From Pseudomonadota bacterium (GTDB lineage Bacteria; Desulfobacterota; Desulfobacteria; Desulfobacterales; JBDRRP01): a stretch of DNA of 64,000 bases. Every line of letters begins with the position of its first letter. Position 1 is the stretch's first letter. Below are positions 1 through 9,809 of the stretch, in pieces. The stretch covers positions 62,001-126,000 of the forward strand of contig JBDRRP010000129.1 in assembly GCA_043825735.1 (NCBI GenBank). The letters are read 5' to 3'. Both the position numbers and the translations under genes were made by a program. Below the pieces are notes generated by a model. It was not told the origin of the DNA. It saw nothing but the letters and a program-made list of their open reading frames with translations, and searched no databases.

Positions 1-363
1 GCGGTGACGCATGGCAGCGCACCGGATATTGCCGATTGGGTGCGCCAGGCAACACCGTCACCGGACCTTGCCCCGTCATACCGTACGTGGCTGCAAGAGA
101 TGATCGCCTATTACACTGCGCTGCTCAGGGCCGATGGCGACGATTTTCAAAGTCTGGTGCACGCCGCTTATGCGGACCGCGACGATTTCACTGCAGCCCT
201 GGAAAAACTGAGGGCCGCCGAAAACGCGTTCAATGACGCCTGCAAACCGCAACTGGCCGCCACGCCCGGCGCCATGGAAGTCATCGAACTCATCGAGGAG
301 CGCTCGCGCACCCTGCGCCGCGAGCTGGCCAGCGCCGTTTATGATCACCCAAAAAAACCTTGA
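1..363 (+). CDS. hypothetical protein, probably the 3' part of a gene starting before the window
   Basis: Open frame from base 1 to TGA at 361-363; helical-looking sequence with no recognisable motif. Confidence 0.55.
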   Translation, partial: AVTHGSAPDIADWVRQATPSPDLAPSYRTWLQEMIAYYTALLRADGDDFQSLVHAAYADRDDFTAALEKLRAAENAFNDACKPQLAATPGAMEVIELIEERSRTLRRELASAVYDHPKKP

Positions 364-399
364 CACGAAGCGGCGATTTCCCATAAAGAACAATAAAAC

Positions 400-413
400 A
401 GACCGGTCGGTAT
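400..413. promoter_or_regulatory. putative TetR-family operator (AGACCGGTCGGTAT)
   Basis: ACCG-N2-CGGT inverted repeat about 20 bp upstream of the TetR gene, downstream of a TTGACA at 360-365. Confidence 0.5.
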
Positions 414-432
414 ATTTTATGGGGATCGCACA

Positions 433-1044
433 ATGCCCACCACCAAGGGAAATCTCACACGGCGACACATCGTCGCGCGCGCCCTTCAGCTCTTCACCGT
501 AAAGGGCTATTTCAACACCTCCATCAGCGACATCCTCCTGGCCACGGGGCTGACCAAGGGCGGGCTGTACGGCCATTTCGCCAGCAAGGAGGACATCTGG
601 CTGGCCGTCTACGATGCCGCCGTCATCACCTGGCGCGGCGTCGTTTTGACCGGGTCCCGGGAAATCGCCGATCCGCTGGAGCGCATCGAAGTCACCATAG
701 AGCGAAACCTGCGCGATTACCTGGGCGGCGAGGTGTTCGACGGCGGCTGCTTCTTTTTCAACATGCTGGTGGAGCTTTCCGGACAGTCTTCCCGCATGAG
801 CCGGCACATCCTCAAAGGGTTTGTGCGGTTTTCGAAATTGATGCAGCAATGGCTTTCGGAAGCCAGGGACCAGGGACTGGTGGCGCCGGACCTGGACGTC
901 AGGGAAGTGGCTGATTTTATCGTTATCGCCGTCAACGGGGCAGCCCCGCTTTACGCGGCCAGCCGGGACCCAAAGATCTGGGAACTGACCATCCACCAGC
1001 TACATCACTACATCCGGCACCTGCGTCGGGGGGGCAGGCCATGA
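433..1044 (+). CDS. TetR/AcrR family transcriptional regulator
   Basis: N-terminal HTH (ALQLFTVKGYFNTSISDILLATGLTKGGLYGHFASKEDI) and GGCFF C-terminal domain. Confidence 0.92.
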   Translation: MPTTKGNLTRRHIVARALQLFTVKGYFNTSISDILLATGLTKGGLYGHFASKEDIWLAVYDAAVITWRGVVLTGSREIADPLERIEVTIERNLRDYLGGEVFDGGCFFFNMLVELSGQSSRMSRHILKGFVRFSKLMQQWLSEARDQGLVAPDLDVREVADFIVIAVNGAAPLYAASRDPKIWELTIHQLHHYIRHLRRGGRP

Positions 1045-2222
1045 CATTCGAAAACCTTGTGGCACCGCGCACGGCGCGCATGGGCACCAGCGCCATCCGT
1101 GAAATCCTCAAAGTGGTCTCCCAGCCGGGCATGATCTCGCTGGCCGGCGGTATTCCCGCACCCCAGAGCTTTCCGCTGGACCTCATCCGGCCCCTGGTGG
1201 ACAGTGCGCTCACCCGTTACGGACACAGGGCGCTGCAATACGATCTCTCCGAGGGGTTCCCGCCTTTGCAGGAGGCATTGGCCGATTATTTACGGCGCCA
1301 CCACACCATCACCGCCGCTGGCGACGAGATCCTGGTCAGCAGCGGCTCCCAGGGGGTCCTGGATGCCATCGGCAAGGTGCTCATCGGCCCGGGTGACGCC
1401 GTGGCCGTCGAGGCGCCCACCTATCTCGGCGCCCTGCAGGCCTTTACGCCCTACGAACCGGCGTATGTACAGATTGAATCAGACGACGACGGCGTCATCC
1501 CCGCATCGCTGGAGGTCGCCCTGGCCGTAAAACGCGTGAAATTCGTCTACCTGGTGCCGACATTCCAGAACCCGACCGGACGCACGATCCCACTGGCGCG
1601 TCGCATTGAGATCGCCGACATGCTCAGGCGCCACCGGGCGCTTCTGGTCGAAGACGACCCATACAGCCTGCTGCGCTACGACGGAGATCCGCTGCCGCCG
1701 ATTCACAGCCTGGCTCCGGAAAATGTCGTTTATGTGGGCACCCTGTCCAAAGTCCTGGCCCCGGGTCTTCGGATCGGCTTTTGCGTGGCGCCCCCCGCCA
1801 TCAGAAAATGGCTGGTGGTGGTCAAACAGGGTGTGGATCTGCACACCAGCACCTTCAACCAGGCCCTGGCCGCCGAGTACCTGACGGGCGGGCATCTGGA
1901 GCGCCACCTGCCCACCATCGTCAATTTTTACCGACCGCGGCTGTCGGCCATGCTGCAGGCGCTGGCTGCGTGCATGCCGTCCGGATTTCGGTGGTCCATG
2001 CCCAATGGCGGTATGTTTGTCTGGATAGAGGGGCCGCCGGCGCTCGACATGACGTCTGTCTATCAAAAAGCGGTCGCCAGCGGCGTCGCCTTCGTTCCGG
2101 GAACATATTTTCATGCCGCTCCCGGTGCAGGAACGCAAACGGCGCGGCTGAACTTCACCATGGCCGATGAAGCCACGATCGCTGAAGGGATCGCGCGCCT
2201 CGCCATCCTATGTCAATCTTGA
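1041..2222 (+). CDS. PLP-dependent class I aminotransferase (2-aminoadipate transaminase/MocR-like)
   Basis: SAIREILK, ISLAGGIP, PTFQNPTG, VEDDPY and GTLSKVLAPGLRIG motifs; ATGA overlap with the TetR gene. Confidence 0.9.
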   Translation: MTFENLVAPRTARMGTSAIREILKVVSQPGMISLAGGIPAPQSFPLDLIRPLVDSALTRYGHRALQYDLSEGFPPLQEALADYLRRHHTITAAGDEILVSSGSQGVLDAIGKVLIGPGDAVAVEAPTYLGALQAFTPYEPAYVQIESDDDGVIPASLEVALAVKRVKFVYLVPTFQNPTGRTIPLARRIEIADMLRRHRALLVEDDPYSLLRYDGDPLPPIHSLAPENVVYVGTLSKVLAPGLRIGFCVAPPAIRKWLVVVKQGVDLHTSTFNQALAAEYLTGGHLERHLPTIVNFYRPRLSAMLQALAACMPSGFRWSMPNGGMFVWIEGPPALDMTSVYQKAVASGVAFVPGTYFHAAPGAGTQTARLNFTMADEATIAEGIARLAILCQS

Positions 2223-2365
2223 CACAGACGTTCCCATCGATTATTTTATCCCGTCAGCATCCAACGCCGCGCCATCCCCCCCCGGAAAACAGTGCACCCG
2301 AACTGGCTGTGGGCGCTGCCGGCAGCTGATCCGGCAAGACCGCAGCCACCTCGCGAGGTTACCCG

Positions 2366-3802
2366 ATGCAGCACTCACACGATGTGACACCCGATGCGCC
2401 CCACCCCGATCCCAGGGCCGTTTTCGATCGCCAGAAAGCCGCTTGCCGCGCCGTTCCCATTTTGCCGGTTGCCGAGCGCCTAAATGCCCTCGCGGCGTTG
2501 GAAACGCTCCTCATCGACAACCAGCAGGCCATTGCCGAAGCCGTTTCCCTGGATTTCGGCAACCGCGCCATTCATGAAACCCAACTGCTGGAGATATTCC
2601 CCACGGTGTCAGGGCTGAACCATGCCCGCCGCAAGCTGAAAAAATGGGTGCGCCCCCAGCGGCGCCATGTATCCCTGTGGTTTGCCGGCGCCTCAAACCG
2701 GGTGATTCCTCAGCCGAAAGGGGTCGTGGGCATCATTGCCCCGTGGAACTATCCCTTGCAGCTGGCCTTGAGCCCGCTCACCAACGCCCTGGCAGCGGGA
2801 AACCGATGCATGATCAAAATGGCGGCCAACTCCCAGCGGCTCTGCCGGCTCCTGGACCGACTCGTCTCAGCGGTTTTTCCAACCGACTATATCGCCATCC
2901 TGCCCGGAGTTTCGGCCGGCGATTTTACCGCCCTGCCCTTCGACCATCTGGTGTTCACCGGTTCACCGCGCACCGGACGGCAGGTCATGAAAACCGCGGC
3001 GACCCACCTCACCCCGGTGACACTGGAGCTGGGGGGCAAATCGCCCACCATCATCGCCCGTGATTTCGACATCGACACGGCGGCCGATCGTATCCTCTAC
3101 ATCAAGTTCATGAACGCCGGTCAGACCTGCGTGGCGCCGGACTACCTGTTTTTACCCCATCAGCGCATCGAGGCGTTCGTCACCAGAGCCAAGGCCGTCG
3201 TGCAACGGCGCTACCCGCGACTCGACAGCCCCGACTATACCGCCATCATCGATGAGCGCGCCTACCTGAGACTCTTGGCGACGCTGGACGATGCCCGCAA
3301 CAAGGGCGCCGAGATCATCCCGCTCTTGCCCGGCACCGCACCGGACCCCGTCTCGAGGAAAATCCCGCCGACCCTGGCGCTGAACGTCACCGAAGACATG
3401 ATCCTCATGCAGGAGGAAATATTCGGGCCGATTCTTCCCGTAAAACCGTACCATGAGCTGGACACGGTCATCTCCTACATCAATGACCGCCCCCGGCCCC
3501 TGGCCCTTTACCTTTTCACCAACGCGCGCAGCGTCCAGGACAGGGTCATCGCCGAAACCCTTTCCGGCGGCGTCGGCATCAATGATTGCGCCATACACGT
3601 GGCCCAGCACGACATGCCCTTTGGCGGCGTCGGCAACAGCGGTATGGGGCAATACCACGGCTATGAAGGATTTTTGGAGTTTTCCAAGCTTCGGCCGGTC
3701 TTTTCCCAGGCCCCCCTGGCGGCCACCGCCCTGATGGCACCGCCCTACGGAAAGACATTCGAGCGCATCTACCGGCTCATGACCCGCTGGCGCAATATTT
3801 GA
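2366..3802 (+). CDS. aldehyde dehydrogenase (coniferyl aldehyde dehydrogenase-like)
   Basis: PWNYP, FTGS, TLELGGKSP, NAGQTCVAPDY, EEIFGPILP and PFGGVGNSGMG motifs. Confidence 0.92.
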   Translation: MQHSHDVTPDAPHPDPRAVFDRQKAACRAVPILPVAERLNALAALETLLIDNQQAIAEAVSLDFGNRAIHETQLLEIFPTVSGLNHARRKLKKWVRPQRRHVSLWFAGASNRVIPQPKGVVGIIAPWNYPLQLALSPLTNALAAGNRCMIKMAANSQRLCRLLDRLVSAVFPTDYIAILPGVSAGDFTALPFDHLVFTGSPRTGRQVMKTAATHLTPVTLELGGKSPTIIARDFDIDTAADRILYIKFMNAGQTCVAPDYLFLPHQRIEAFVTRAKAVVQRRYPRLDSPDYTAIIDERAYLRLLATLDDARNKGAEIIPLLPGTAPDPVSRKIPPTLALNVTEDMILMQEEIFGPILPVKPYHELDTVISYINDRPRPLALYLFTNARSVQDRVIAETLSGGVGINDCAIHVAQHDMPFGGVGNSGMGQYHGYEGFLEFSKLRPVFSQAPLAATALMAPPYGKTFERIYRLMTRWRNI

Positions 3803-4101
3803 GTCCGGCTGACACGCAGCGCCCCAGCGATCGCAAAGCGAACACACCTGACGTGGCGTTCTTGGTGTCTTCGCGGGAAAATTGTTTTCCCGAAACGATC
3901 TACCCTTTCACGGTCCGTCTTTTTTCCGCCAAGGGATCCGCCAATCCCCTGCCGGGGAGGCCTGCGTCTTCTAACCATTTGACAAGAAAACCGCGGGCAG
4001 GCACTATGGACGCATTGGCCGCCGGCATGGCGCCGGTCCGCCACCGGTCAGGACCTGCCGGTTCCGGCACACAATTGATGAAACCGTAAAAAGTGATTTT
4101 G

Positions 4102-4184
4102 AACCACAGAGGACGCAGCGAACCGCAGAGAATATGATTAATAATCAATCAGTTATCTCTGCGCTCTCTGCGTCCTCTGTGGTT
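4102..4184. repeat. intergenic palindromic repeat (AACCACAGAG family)
   Basis: Perfect 17-bp inverted repeat AACCACAGAGGACGCAG / CTGCGTCCTCTGTGGTT; related copies near 24531, 33305, 39273, 45840 and 50480. Confidence 0.75.
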
Positions 4185-4254
4185 ATTTCGGCCTTTTTAC
4201 ATGGCCATCACAATTAGAAAACAACCGTCACACGCACAACCGGGAATCGCAATA

Positions 4255-5034
4255 ATGCTCAAAGCCGGAATTTTTCTCGACATCGAAAACCTGAGCCGCA
4301 ATGGGGGCTGGGGCATGCGCTATGACGTCATCAAAACCCTGGCCAAAGCCCAGGGCACGGTGGTGCTCAGGGCAAACGCCTATATGGCCATGGACCAGCA
4401 ACGTGAAAAAGAGGACTCGGAATTCCGCGAGCGCTCCGAATCCTACCGGGAAGCCATCCGCCGCAACGGGTTTCATTTGATCCTCAAGATGGTCAAACGC
4501 TACTATGACCACGAAGGGCAGGTGGTTCTCAAAGCCAATGCCGATCTCGATCTAGCTGTGGATGCCCTGCTCCAGGCGGAAAACCTGGACTACATTCTGA
4601 TAGGCAGCGGCGACGGTGATTTCCTCCGCCTGGTACGCGCCCTCCAGGACAAGGGCAAGCGGGTGGATGTGCTCTCCTTTGACAACACCAGCGCCGAACT
4701 GCGCCGGGAGGCGGACCACCATTTCTCGGGAGCACTGGTTCCCGGTGTGCTTCCCAGCACCGACGGCGGCCCGGATCGAATGCGCGGGATCATGCACCGG
4801 ATCGTGGACGGTAAGGGCTATGGATTTCTCACCGTGCGCACCGGCCTGGGAATTGACGACGTGCAGCACGATGTGTTCTGCCACATCAGTGAAGTCACCG
4901 ACCAGGGCACCGCTGTGTCCGACGGGGTGTTTGCCGATCTCCACCGGCGAAAAGCACTGCTCGAATTCAACATGGAGAAGCAACCGGACGGCCGCATTCA
5001 GGCCACCGCTGTCAGGGAGTACAAAGGATCGTGA
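4255..5034 (+). CDS. NYN (LabA/DUF88, PIN-like) domain protein with C-terminal cold-shock-like OB domain
   Basis: FLDIENL, KANADLDLAVD and GSGDGDF acidic motifs; C-terminal KGYGFL...DVFCHISEV (RNP1/RNP2-like); start taken at MLKAGIF. Confidence 0.85.
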   Translation: MLKAGIFLDIENLSRNGGWGMRYDVIKTLAKAQGTVVLRANAYMAMDQQREKEDSEFRERSESYREAIRRNGFHLILKMVKRYYDHEGQVVLKANADLDLAVDALLQAENLDYILIGSGDGDFLRLVRALQDKGKRVDVLSFDNTSAELRREADHHFSGALVPGVLPSTDGGPDRMRGIMHRIVDGKGYGFLTVRTGLGIDDVQHDVFCHISEVTDQGTAVSDGVFADLHRRKALLEFNMEKQPDGRIQATAVREYKGS

Positions 5035-5121
5035 TACCTTGACGAATCCGGTTTTCAAGCTTAAATAGTGCCCCCGACAGGATAGATGCGCCAGAAACAT
5101 TAGAACCGTCAGGAGTCACCG

Positions 5122-5331
5122 ATGCCCATTTACGAATACCAATGCAGCGCCTGCTGCCACACCTTCGAAGCCTTGATGCTCAGGGCCAGTGAGCCCGATC
5201 CCGAATGCCCCGCATGCCACTGCCACAAGGTCACCAAGCTCATGAGCGCCGGCGCCTTCCGGCCCAACGGCATCCCCACCGGATCCGGCGGGTTCAAGGG
5301 ACCGGCGTGCAAGCCCGCCGCCGGGGGCTGA
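5122..5331 (+). CDS. FmdB family zinc-ribbon protein (possible Sec read-through to 5340)
   Basis: MPIYEYQCSAC...FE...CPAC...KLMS signature; AGGAG RBS. Confidence 0.9.
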   Translation: MPIYEYQCSACCHTFEALMLRASEPDPECPACHCHKVTKLMSAGAFRPNGIPTGSGGFKGPACKPAAGG

Positions 5332-5416
5332 GGCCACTGATCGTGCGCCTCCCCGTGCGGGAGGCATTGCCAGAGCGCCCCGAAACGAACATCTGCCCCG
5401 AACGCCAAGGGTTGCC

Positions 5417-5863
5417 ATGTATACGGTTTATCTCGTGCTCATTGCAGTGATCATCGCTGTCGGGCAGATTGCCATCCACCACGCACCGGTGGCGGAAACC
5501 CTGCTGCTGTGGCTTCTGGTCATCAAAATCGGCCTGGGCGGCCTGTGGGCGTTCATGGGTCATTATTTCAAGCCTGATGACATCGCCCGATACATCGGCT
5601 GGCCCGCCGGCAATCCATTTCAGAAGGAAGTCGCCTTCACCAACCTCGCGCTCGGAACCTGCGGCCTGTTATGCTTCTTTTTCCGCGACGGCTTCTGGCT
5701 CGCGACGATCGTCTTCGCCTCGGTGTTTCTGCTCGGCGCCTTCTCTGTTCATCTGAAGGACCAGAAGGAAAGCGGCAACAAAAACCCCGGCAACGCCGGG
5801 CCGGTCTTTTTCGCCGACATCCTCGTCCCCTTGGCCCTGTGGGGGCTTTACTTCGCCAGGTAG
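5417..5863 (+). CDS. small integral membrane protein (DUF6790-like)
   Basis: Several hydrophobic helices; IGWPAGNPFQKEV and NPGNAGP motifs. Confidence 0.75.
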   Translation: MYTVYLVLIAVIIAVGQIAIHHAPVAETLLLWLLVIKIGLGGLWAFMGHYFKPDDIARYIGWPAGNPFQKEVAFTNLALGTCGLLCFFFRDGFWLATIVFASVFLLGAFSVHLKDQKESGNKNPGNAGPVFFADILVPLALWGLYFAR

Positions 5864-6046
5864 CCGCTGTTCATGATGATCCCCTTCATGGCAAGGTCTG
5901 CCGTAGTGGTGATCGTCGGATTTGTCGGCGATTTGATCGGTCTCAGAACCACTTATGTGATTTGCGCGCTGATCGGTCTGGTCGCCATTCCCTTTGTTCT
6001 CAAGTTGCCGGGGCGACATCGGCCATCCCCACCGAATGCCCCGTAG
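5864..6046 (+). pseudogene. remnant of the last two TM helices of an MFS-type transporter
   Basis: Translates LFMMIPFMARSAVVVIVGFVGDLIGLRTTYVICALIGLVAIPFVLKLP, containing the MFS-like G-x2-(G/A)D-x2-G motif; no N-terminal part present. Confidence 0.5.
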
Positions 6047-6126
6047 GGGCGAACCTCGTGTTCGCCCGCCCCGCAGGCATTCGATAACGCCGCCAGGGGG
6101 CAAAAGACGCCGTTTATGGATGGACG

Positions 6127-7248
6127 CTACCGGACGCTTTCATACCCCGGCCGTACCCCATCCCTGGAAAATACGATCTGCCACAACTGGTTTCGGCGGG
6201 CCCGAAAGGAGCCTGCGCAGGCCAGCAGGTAGTAGGTCCACATGCGGAAAAACCGCGCATCGTAGTCATGCTTGATTTGGTGCCAGTTCGCCGTAAAATT
6301 GCGATACCACGCCAGCAACGTGTGATCGTAGTCAGGCCCGAAGCTGTGCCAGTCCTCCAGAACGAGCAGTTTTTCCGCCGCCGATGATATCTGCAGACTG
6401 GAAGGCAGCATGGAGTTGGGAAAGATGTATCTGGAAAGCCAGGGATCGCTCGAGTGCACAGACCGGTTGCCGGCGATGGTATGCAGCAAAAACAGCCCGT
6501 CAGGCTTCAGGCAGCGCCGAACCGCGTGCATGAAAGTGCGGTAACGGCCAGCCCCGACGTGTTCGAACATCCCGACCGACACGATGCGATCGAAAGTGTC
6601 TTTAATGTCTCGATAGTCCATCAGTTCGATGCTCACCGGCAGCCCTTCACAGCGTTGCCTGGCCAGTTTCACCTGGGCCTGCGATACCGTGATGCCCACC
6701 GCCGCCACGCCGTAGTTTCTGGCGGCATAGGCAGCCAACCCGCCCCAGCCACAACCGATATCCAGGACCCGCATGCCGGGCCGAAGCTGCAGTTTGCGGC
6801 AGATCAGGTCCATTTTGGACTCCTGAGCGGCATCCAGACTTTTTGCGCCCTTCCAGTAAGCGCACGAGTAATTCATCCACTTATCCAGCATGACGGCATA
6901 CAGATCGTTGCCGATGTCGTAGTGGTAACGACCGATATCAAATGCCCTGAAACGGCTTGGCGAACAGGTAACTGCCGTTTTGGCCCGGCACCACCATGCC
7001 CTTACCGACCGCAGGGCCTTCTGGTCCAACCGGAGTTTCAAGATCCGGTCGAAAAACTGGTCCAGTGCCCTGCAGTCCCACCAGCCGTCCATATAGCTCT
7101 CACCCAGGGCCAGTGAGCCGCCGGCCATAAGCCGCTTGTAGAAAAGGCCATTGTGCACCTGAATGTCCCAGGGCCGGCTGCCGTTGACATCGACATCGGC
7201 GGCAGCGAAAAGTTCCGAAACCACTTTTTCAGATGATGTTTTTGTCAT
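6127..7248 (-). CDS. cfa: cyclopropane-fatty-acyl-phospholipid synthase
   Basis: LGESYMDGWW, HYDIGNDLY, VLDIGCGWGG, SVGMFEHVG, YIFPNS and RMWTYYL motifs; GGAGG RBS before MTKT. Confidence 0.93.
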   Translation of the reverse strand: MTKTSSEKVVSELFAAADVDVNGSRPWDIQVHNGLFYKRLMAGGSLALGESYMDGWWDCRALDQFFDRILKLRLDQKALRSVRAWWCRAKTAVTCSPSRFRAFDIGRYHYDIGNDLYAVMLDKWMNYSCAYWKGAKSLDAAQESKMDLICRKLQLRPGMRVLDIGCGWGGLAAYAARNYGVAAVGITVSQAQVKLARQRCEGLPVSIELMDYRDIKDTFDRIVSVGMFEHVGAGRYRTFMHAVRRCLKPDGLFLLHTIAGNRSVHSSDPWLSRYIFPNSMLPSSLQISSAAEKLLVLEDWHSFGPDYDHTLLAWYRNFTANWHQIKHDYDARFFRMWTYYLLACAGSFRARRNQLWQIVFSRDGVRPGYESVR

Positions 7249-7485
7249 GATGTGACCTCCCCCCTGATAATGGTGAAATGCGGCTACGGCCGTTTCGATA
7301 AAAGAAACGCCCGGCAATCGGTGGGCAGCATCACGGGAAATCAGGGTCGGTCGGATCGGCGAAAAGCGGCGAGAAGGTACTTTAAAGCTTGCGGTGTCGT
7401 CTGAAGCGCAAATGATCGTCTGAAAAACCAGGGTTGTCCTAGACCGCCACCGATTGAGTGAACATTTGGTGCTTTGAGCGTCTTG

Positions 7486-8250
7486 TCAAGGCTTGAACCG
7501 ATCGCCGAAGGAGGTCTTGTTCTTGGGTCGAAACAGTATCAGCAGCAGAATAAAAACCGGAACGCCAAGAAAACCGAATATCCGCTGGGGACCGGGAACA
7601 TAAGCCATCACGCGAATGCCGCTGCCCCACAGAAAGATGATGAATGCGGACAGGGCCAGAATCGCCCATTGGGCCGGCCGATTGCCACTGGCAAACAGCC
7701 GCTCGGCGCGGGGTAGAATGTCCCGGTAAAACATGTAAAGGCCCGTGATGAGCGCCGATCCGCCGATGATAAAAAGAAACCAGGGGGAAAGCGACAGCCC
7801 TCTGTTGAAAAGCCCCGTATCCCCATGGGAAGCGAAGGGGCGCATGAGAATATAGGCGATCAGCTCCATGAAATTGGCGACGACGAACCAGAACAGGAAG
7901 TGAAAACCCCACTTCCGCGTCAGCAGCCAGTCTGTTTTCAGGGCAGCAATGCCCAGCGCCACGACCGCCGCGTGCATCACCAGCGGACTCACGCCGATAA
8001 CGGCGGCAGCGACATTTCGCCCTTGCTCAAACAGGCGGGTATAATCCACGCCTTCGTCCCACCCGGTCATCGTCAAGGGATTACCCCAGACGATGTCCAG
8101 AGGGCTCCTGATGGCGCCCAGCAGCCAGGCCACGGTGCTGTGCGTAAATTCGTGCATAACCACCAGCAGCGCCTGGAGCAAAATGAATGAGGCCACCACA
8201 ATGATCAGATATCGCACGGTGTCCCGCAAAGCGGCTGCATCCGACATCAT
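7486..8250 (-). CDS. integral membrane protein with HExxH motif (M50-like metallopeptidase candidate)
   Basis: Multiple TM segments; HEFTH in TM1 and a later HGD motif. Confidence 0.65.
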   Translation of the reverse strand: MMSDAAALRDTVRYLIIVVASFILLQALLVVMHEFTHSTVAWLLGAIRSPLDIVWGNPLTMTGWDEGVDYTRLFEQGRNVAAAVIGVSPLVMHAAVVALGIAALKTDWLLTRKWGFHFLFWFVVANFMELIAYILMRPFASHGDTGLFNRGLSLSPWFLFIIGGSALITGLYMFYRDILPRAERLFASGNRPAQWAILALSAFIIFLWGSGIRVMAYVPGPQRIFGFLGVPVFILLLILFRPKNKTSFGDRFKP

Positions 8251-8433
8251 TTAATTCCCTCGCCTGCTTCAGTTAAGGCATGCTGCCATTTCATATAAAA
8301 CACCGGAGTACAGCGACGCCGCATTGAGGATTGATCATTGAGCCTGCCACAAACGCATCGCTTTGTCACCCTCTCACCAGCCGCTGGCGCATTCAGCATA
8401 AGCGTGAAAGACTGTGTTGTTTCTCAAGTGATT

Positions 8434-8626
8434 TCTCGCGCAGGGGCGCTGAGGCGCAGAGAAAAACGAACTGCGGAGCCCTGATGGCCTTAGGGTTCCA
8501 GGCGAAAACCCGCGTGGCTGTCGATGGGGTTTACATTCGATGTTCAGCGTTCGACGTTCGATGTTGGAAGTTCATCTTTTAATTCTTGATTCGCCGTACT
8601 CAGCTTCCCGGCGCCTCTGCGCGAGA
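8434..8626. repeat. intergenic palindromic repeat (TCTCGCGCAG family)
   Basis: TCTCGCGCAGGGGCGC...GCGCCTCTGCGCGAGA inverted ends enclosing short GTTCGA(C/T) repeats; related copy at 58444-58532. Confidence 0.6.
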
Positions 8627-8733
8627 TGATGGCGTTTCAGGTTTTCGGGTCGACAAAAAGACCGGTATCCTGTATCTGAATTTCAGTTGCCGCTATCTTC
8701 CCGGGTACAAATCCGCCGCCCACAGGAGCGATT

Positions 8734-9615
8734 GTGAAAAACGCCGCGTTGTTGATCCTGCTGCTTGTGTTGGCTGGGGCCATCTATTTCCAGGGGGGAT
8801 TGGGCCCGATAAAGGAGGGATGGGATACACTGACCGGCAAACCAAAACCGGTCGTTGTTGAAAAGCCGCGGGAATTGTCCCTGTTTGAAGGAAAGATGAT
8901 TCTCGACAGTGATGCCGTATCCTCCGGCGTTCCCTGGAACATGCAAAGCGCGTTGGATGGCGCATCCCATGAACAGATTGCCGCGTTCAGAACGTCCAGA
9001 GTTGACGCATACAGCGATCTGGGAATTTTCCCCGATGATTACGACCCGTTTGCACCGCCCCACCGGCAAATTTATGGGCAGATCACGGCGCATGAAAACT
9101 GGCTGAAAGCATCCGTTTATTTTGTCGCCAATCCCTACCAGCTGATCACGGCAACCAACGCCCCCTATGTCAACGCGCTCAGCCTTGATTGCCCCGGTGT
9201 CGAAATTGAATACAACGACGGCGTCATCGAGGAAACCCATACCGGCGCCGGAGCCGCCTGCTGGTTCGATAAAGTCTATGACATCGGAGACTTTCCGGGG
9301 CAGGTCTGGCTGTTTACGGTCAATGCCTGGGATGCCGGCTTCAAATACGCCTATGTCGATGTCTGGAAATCGGAAAACATTTTGCCCGGCGCCGCGCCCA
9401 ATCATATCACCAACACACCGCTGAGCCGGTCGTACTACTTTCACGTCGGGCAGTACGGGACCAATAACATCAGCCCGCGGGATGAAAGGGCCTGGGTGAC
9501 GCTGCGGGCGCGTAATGCCGCGACAAAAATCTACGTGAAGTTGTGGCAGCAGAAACCGGCGTCAACTTCCCAAAAAGCTGATTTTGTATATATTATCCTT
9601 GTCCAGCCGGTGTGA
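8734..9615 (+). CDS. hypothetical exported or membrane-anchored protein
   Basis: 293-aa ORF with GTG start, AGGAG RBS and N-terminal hydrophobic segment. Confidence 0.75.
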   Translation: MKNAALLILLLVLAGAIYFQGGLGPIKEGWDTLTGKPKPVVVEKPRELSLFEGKMILDSDAVSSGVPWNMQSALDGASHEQIAAFRTSRVDAYSDLGIFPDDYDPFAPPHRQIYGQITAHENWLKASVYFVANPYQLITATNAPYVNALSLDCPGVEIEYNDGVIEETHTGAGAACWFDKVYDIGDFPGQVWLFTVNAWDAGFKYAYVDVWKSENILPGAAPNHITNTPLSRSYYFHVGQYGTNNISPRDERAWVTLRARNAATKIYVKLWQQKPASTSQKADFVYIILVQPV

Positions 9616-9649
9616 CAGACAGACGTTTTCGGTGACATCTCCAAATTGC

Positions 9650-9736
9650 ATAGAACAACTGCCAGACTACTTCTCGCGCAAACATGTCATCATCGGATTT
9701 CCGCACACTTCCAACCTGGATACGATCAGAGCATTT
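9650..9736 (+). pseudogene. fragment of a PlsC-type acyltransferase
   Basis: Translates IEQLPDYFSRKHVIIGFPHTSNLDTIRAF (HxxxxD catalytic motif PHTSNxD); no start or C-terminus. Confidence 0.4.
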
Positions 9737-9809
9737 ATGCCCAGGCGGATTACCGGTTTCCTTTGGATTGGTCAAAAATCCGCTCCGGTTGAAAGCCGGC
9801 GGCAACGCG

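Noticed and set aside
5861..5863. Pyrrolysine or amber read-through joining the DUF6790-like gene to the downstream TM segment
   Set aside because: The upstream protein looks complete, the downstream piece resembles an unrelated MFS C-terminus, and there is no pyl or methylamine methyltransferase context
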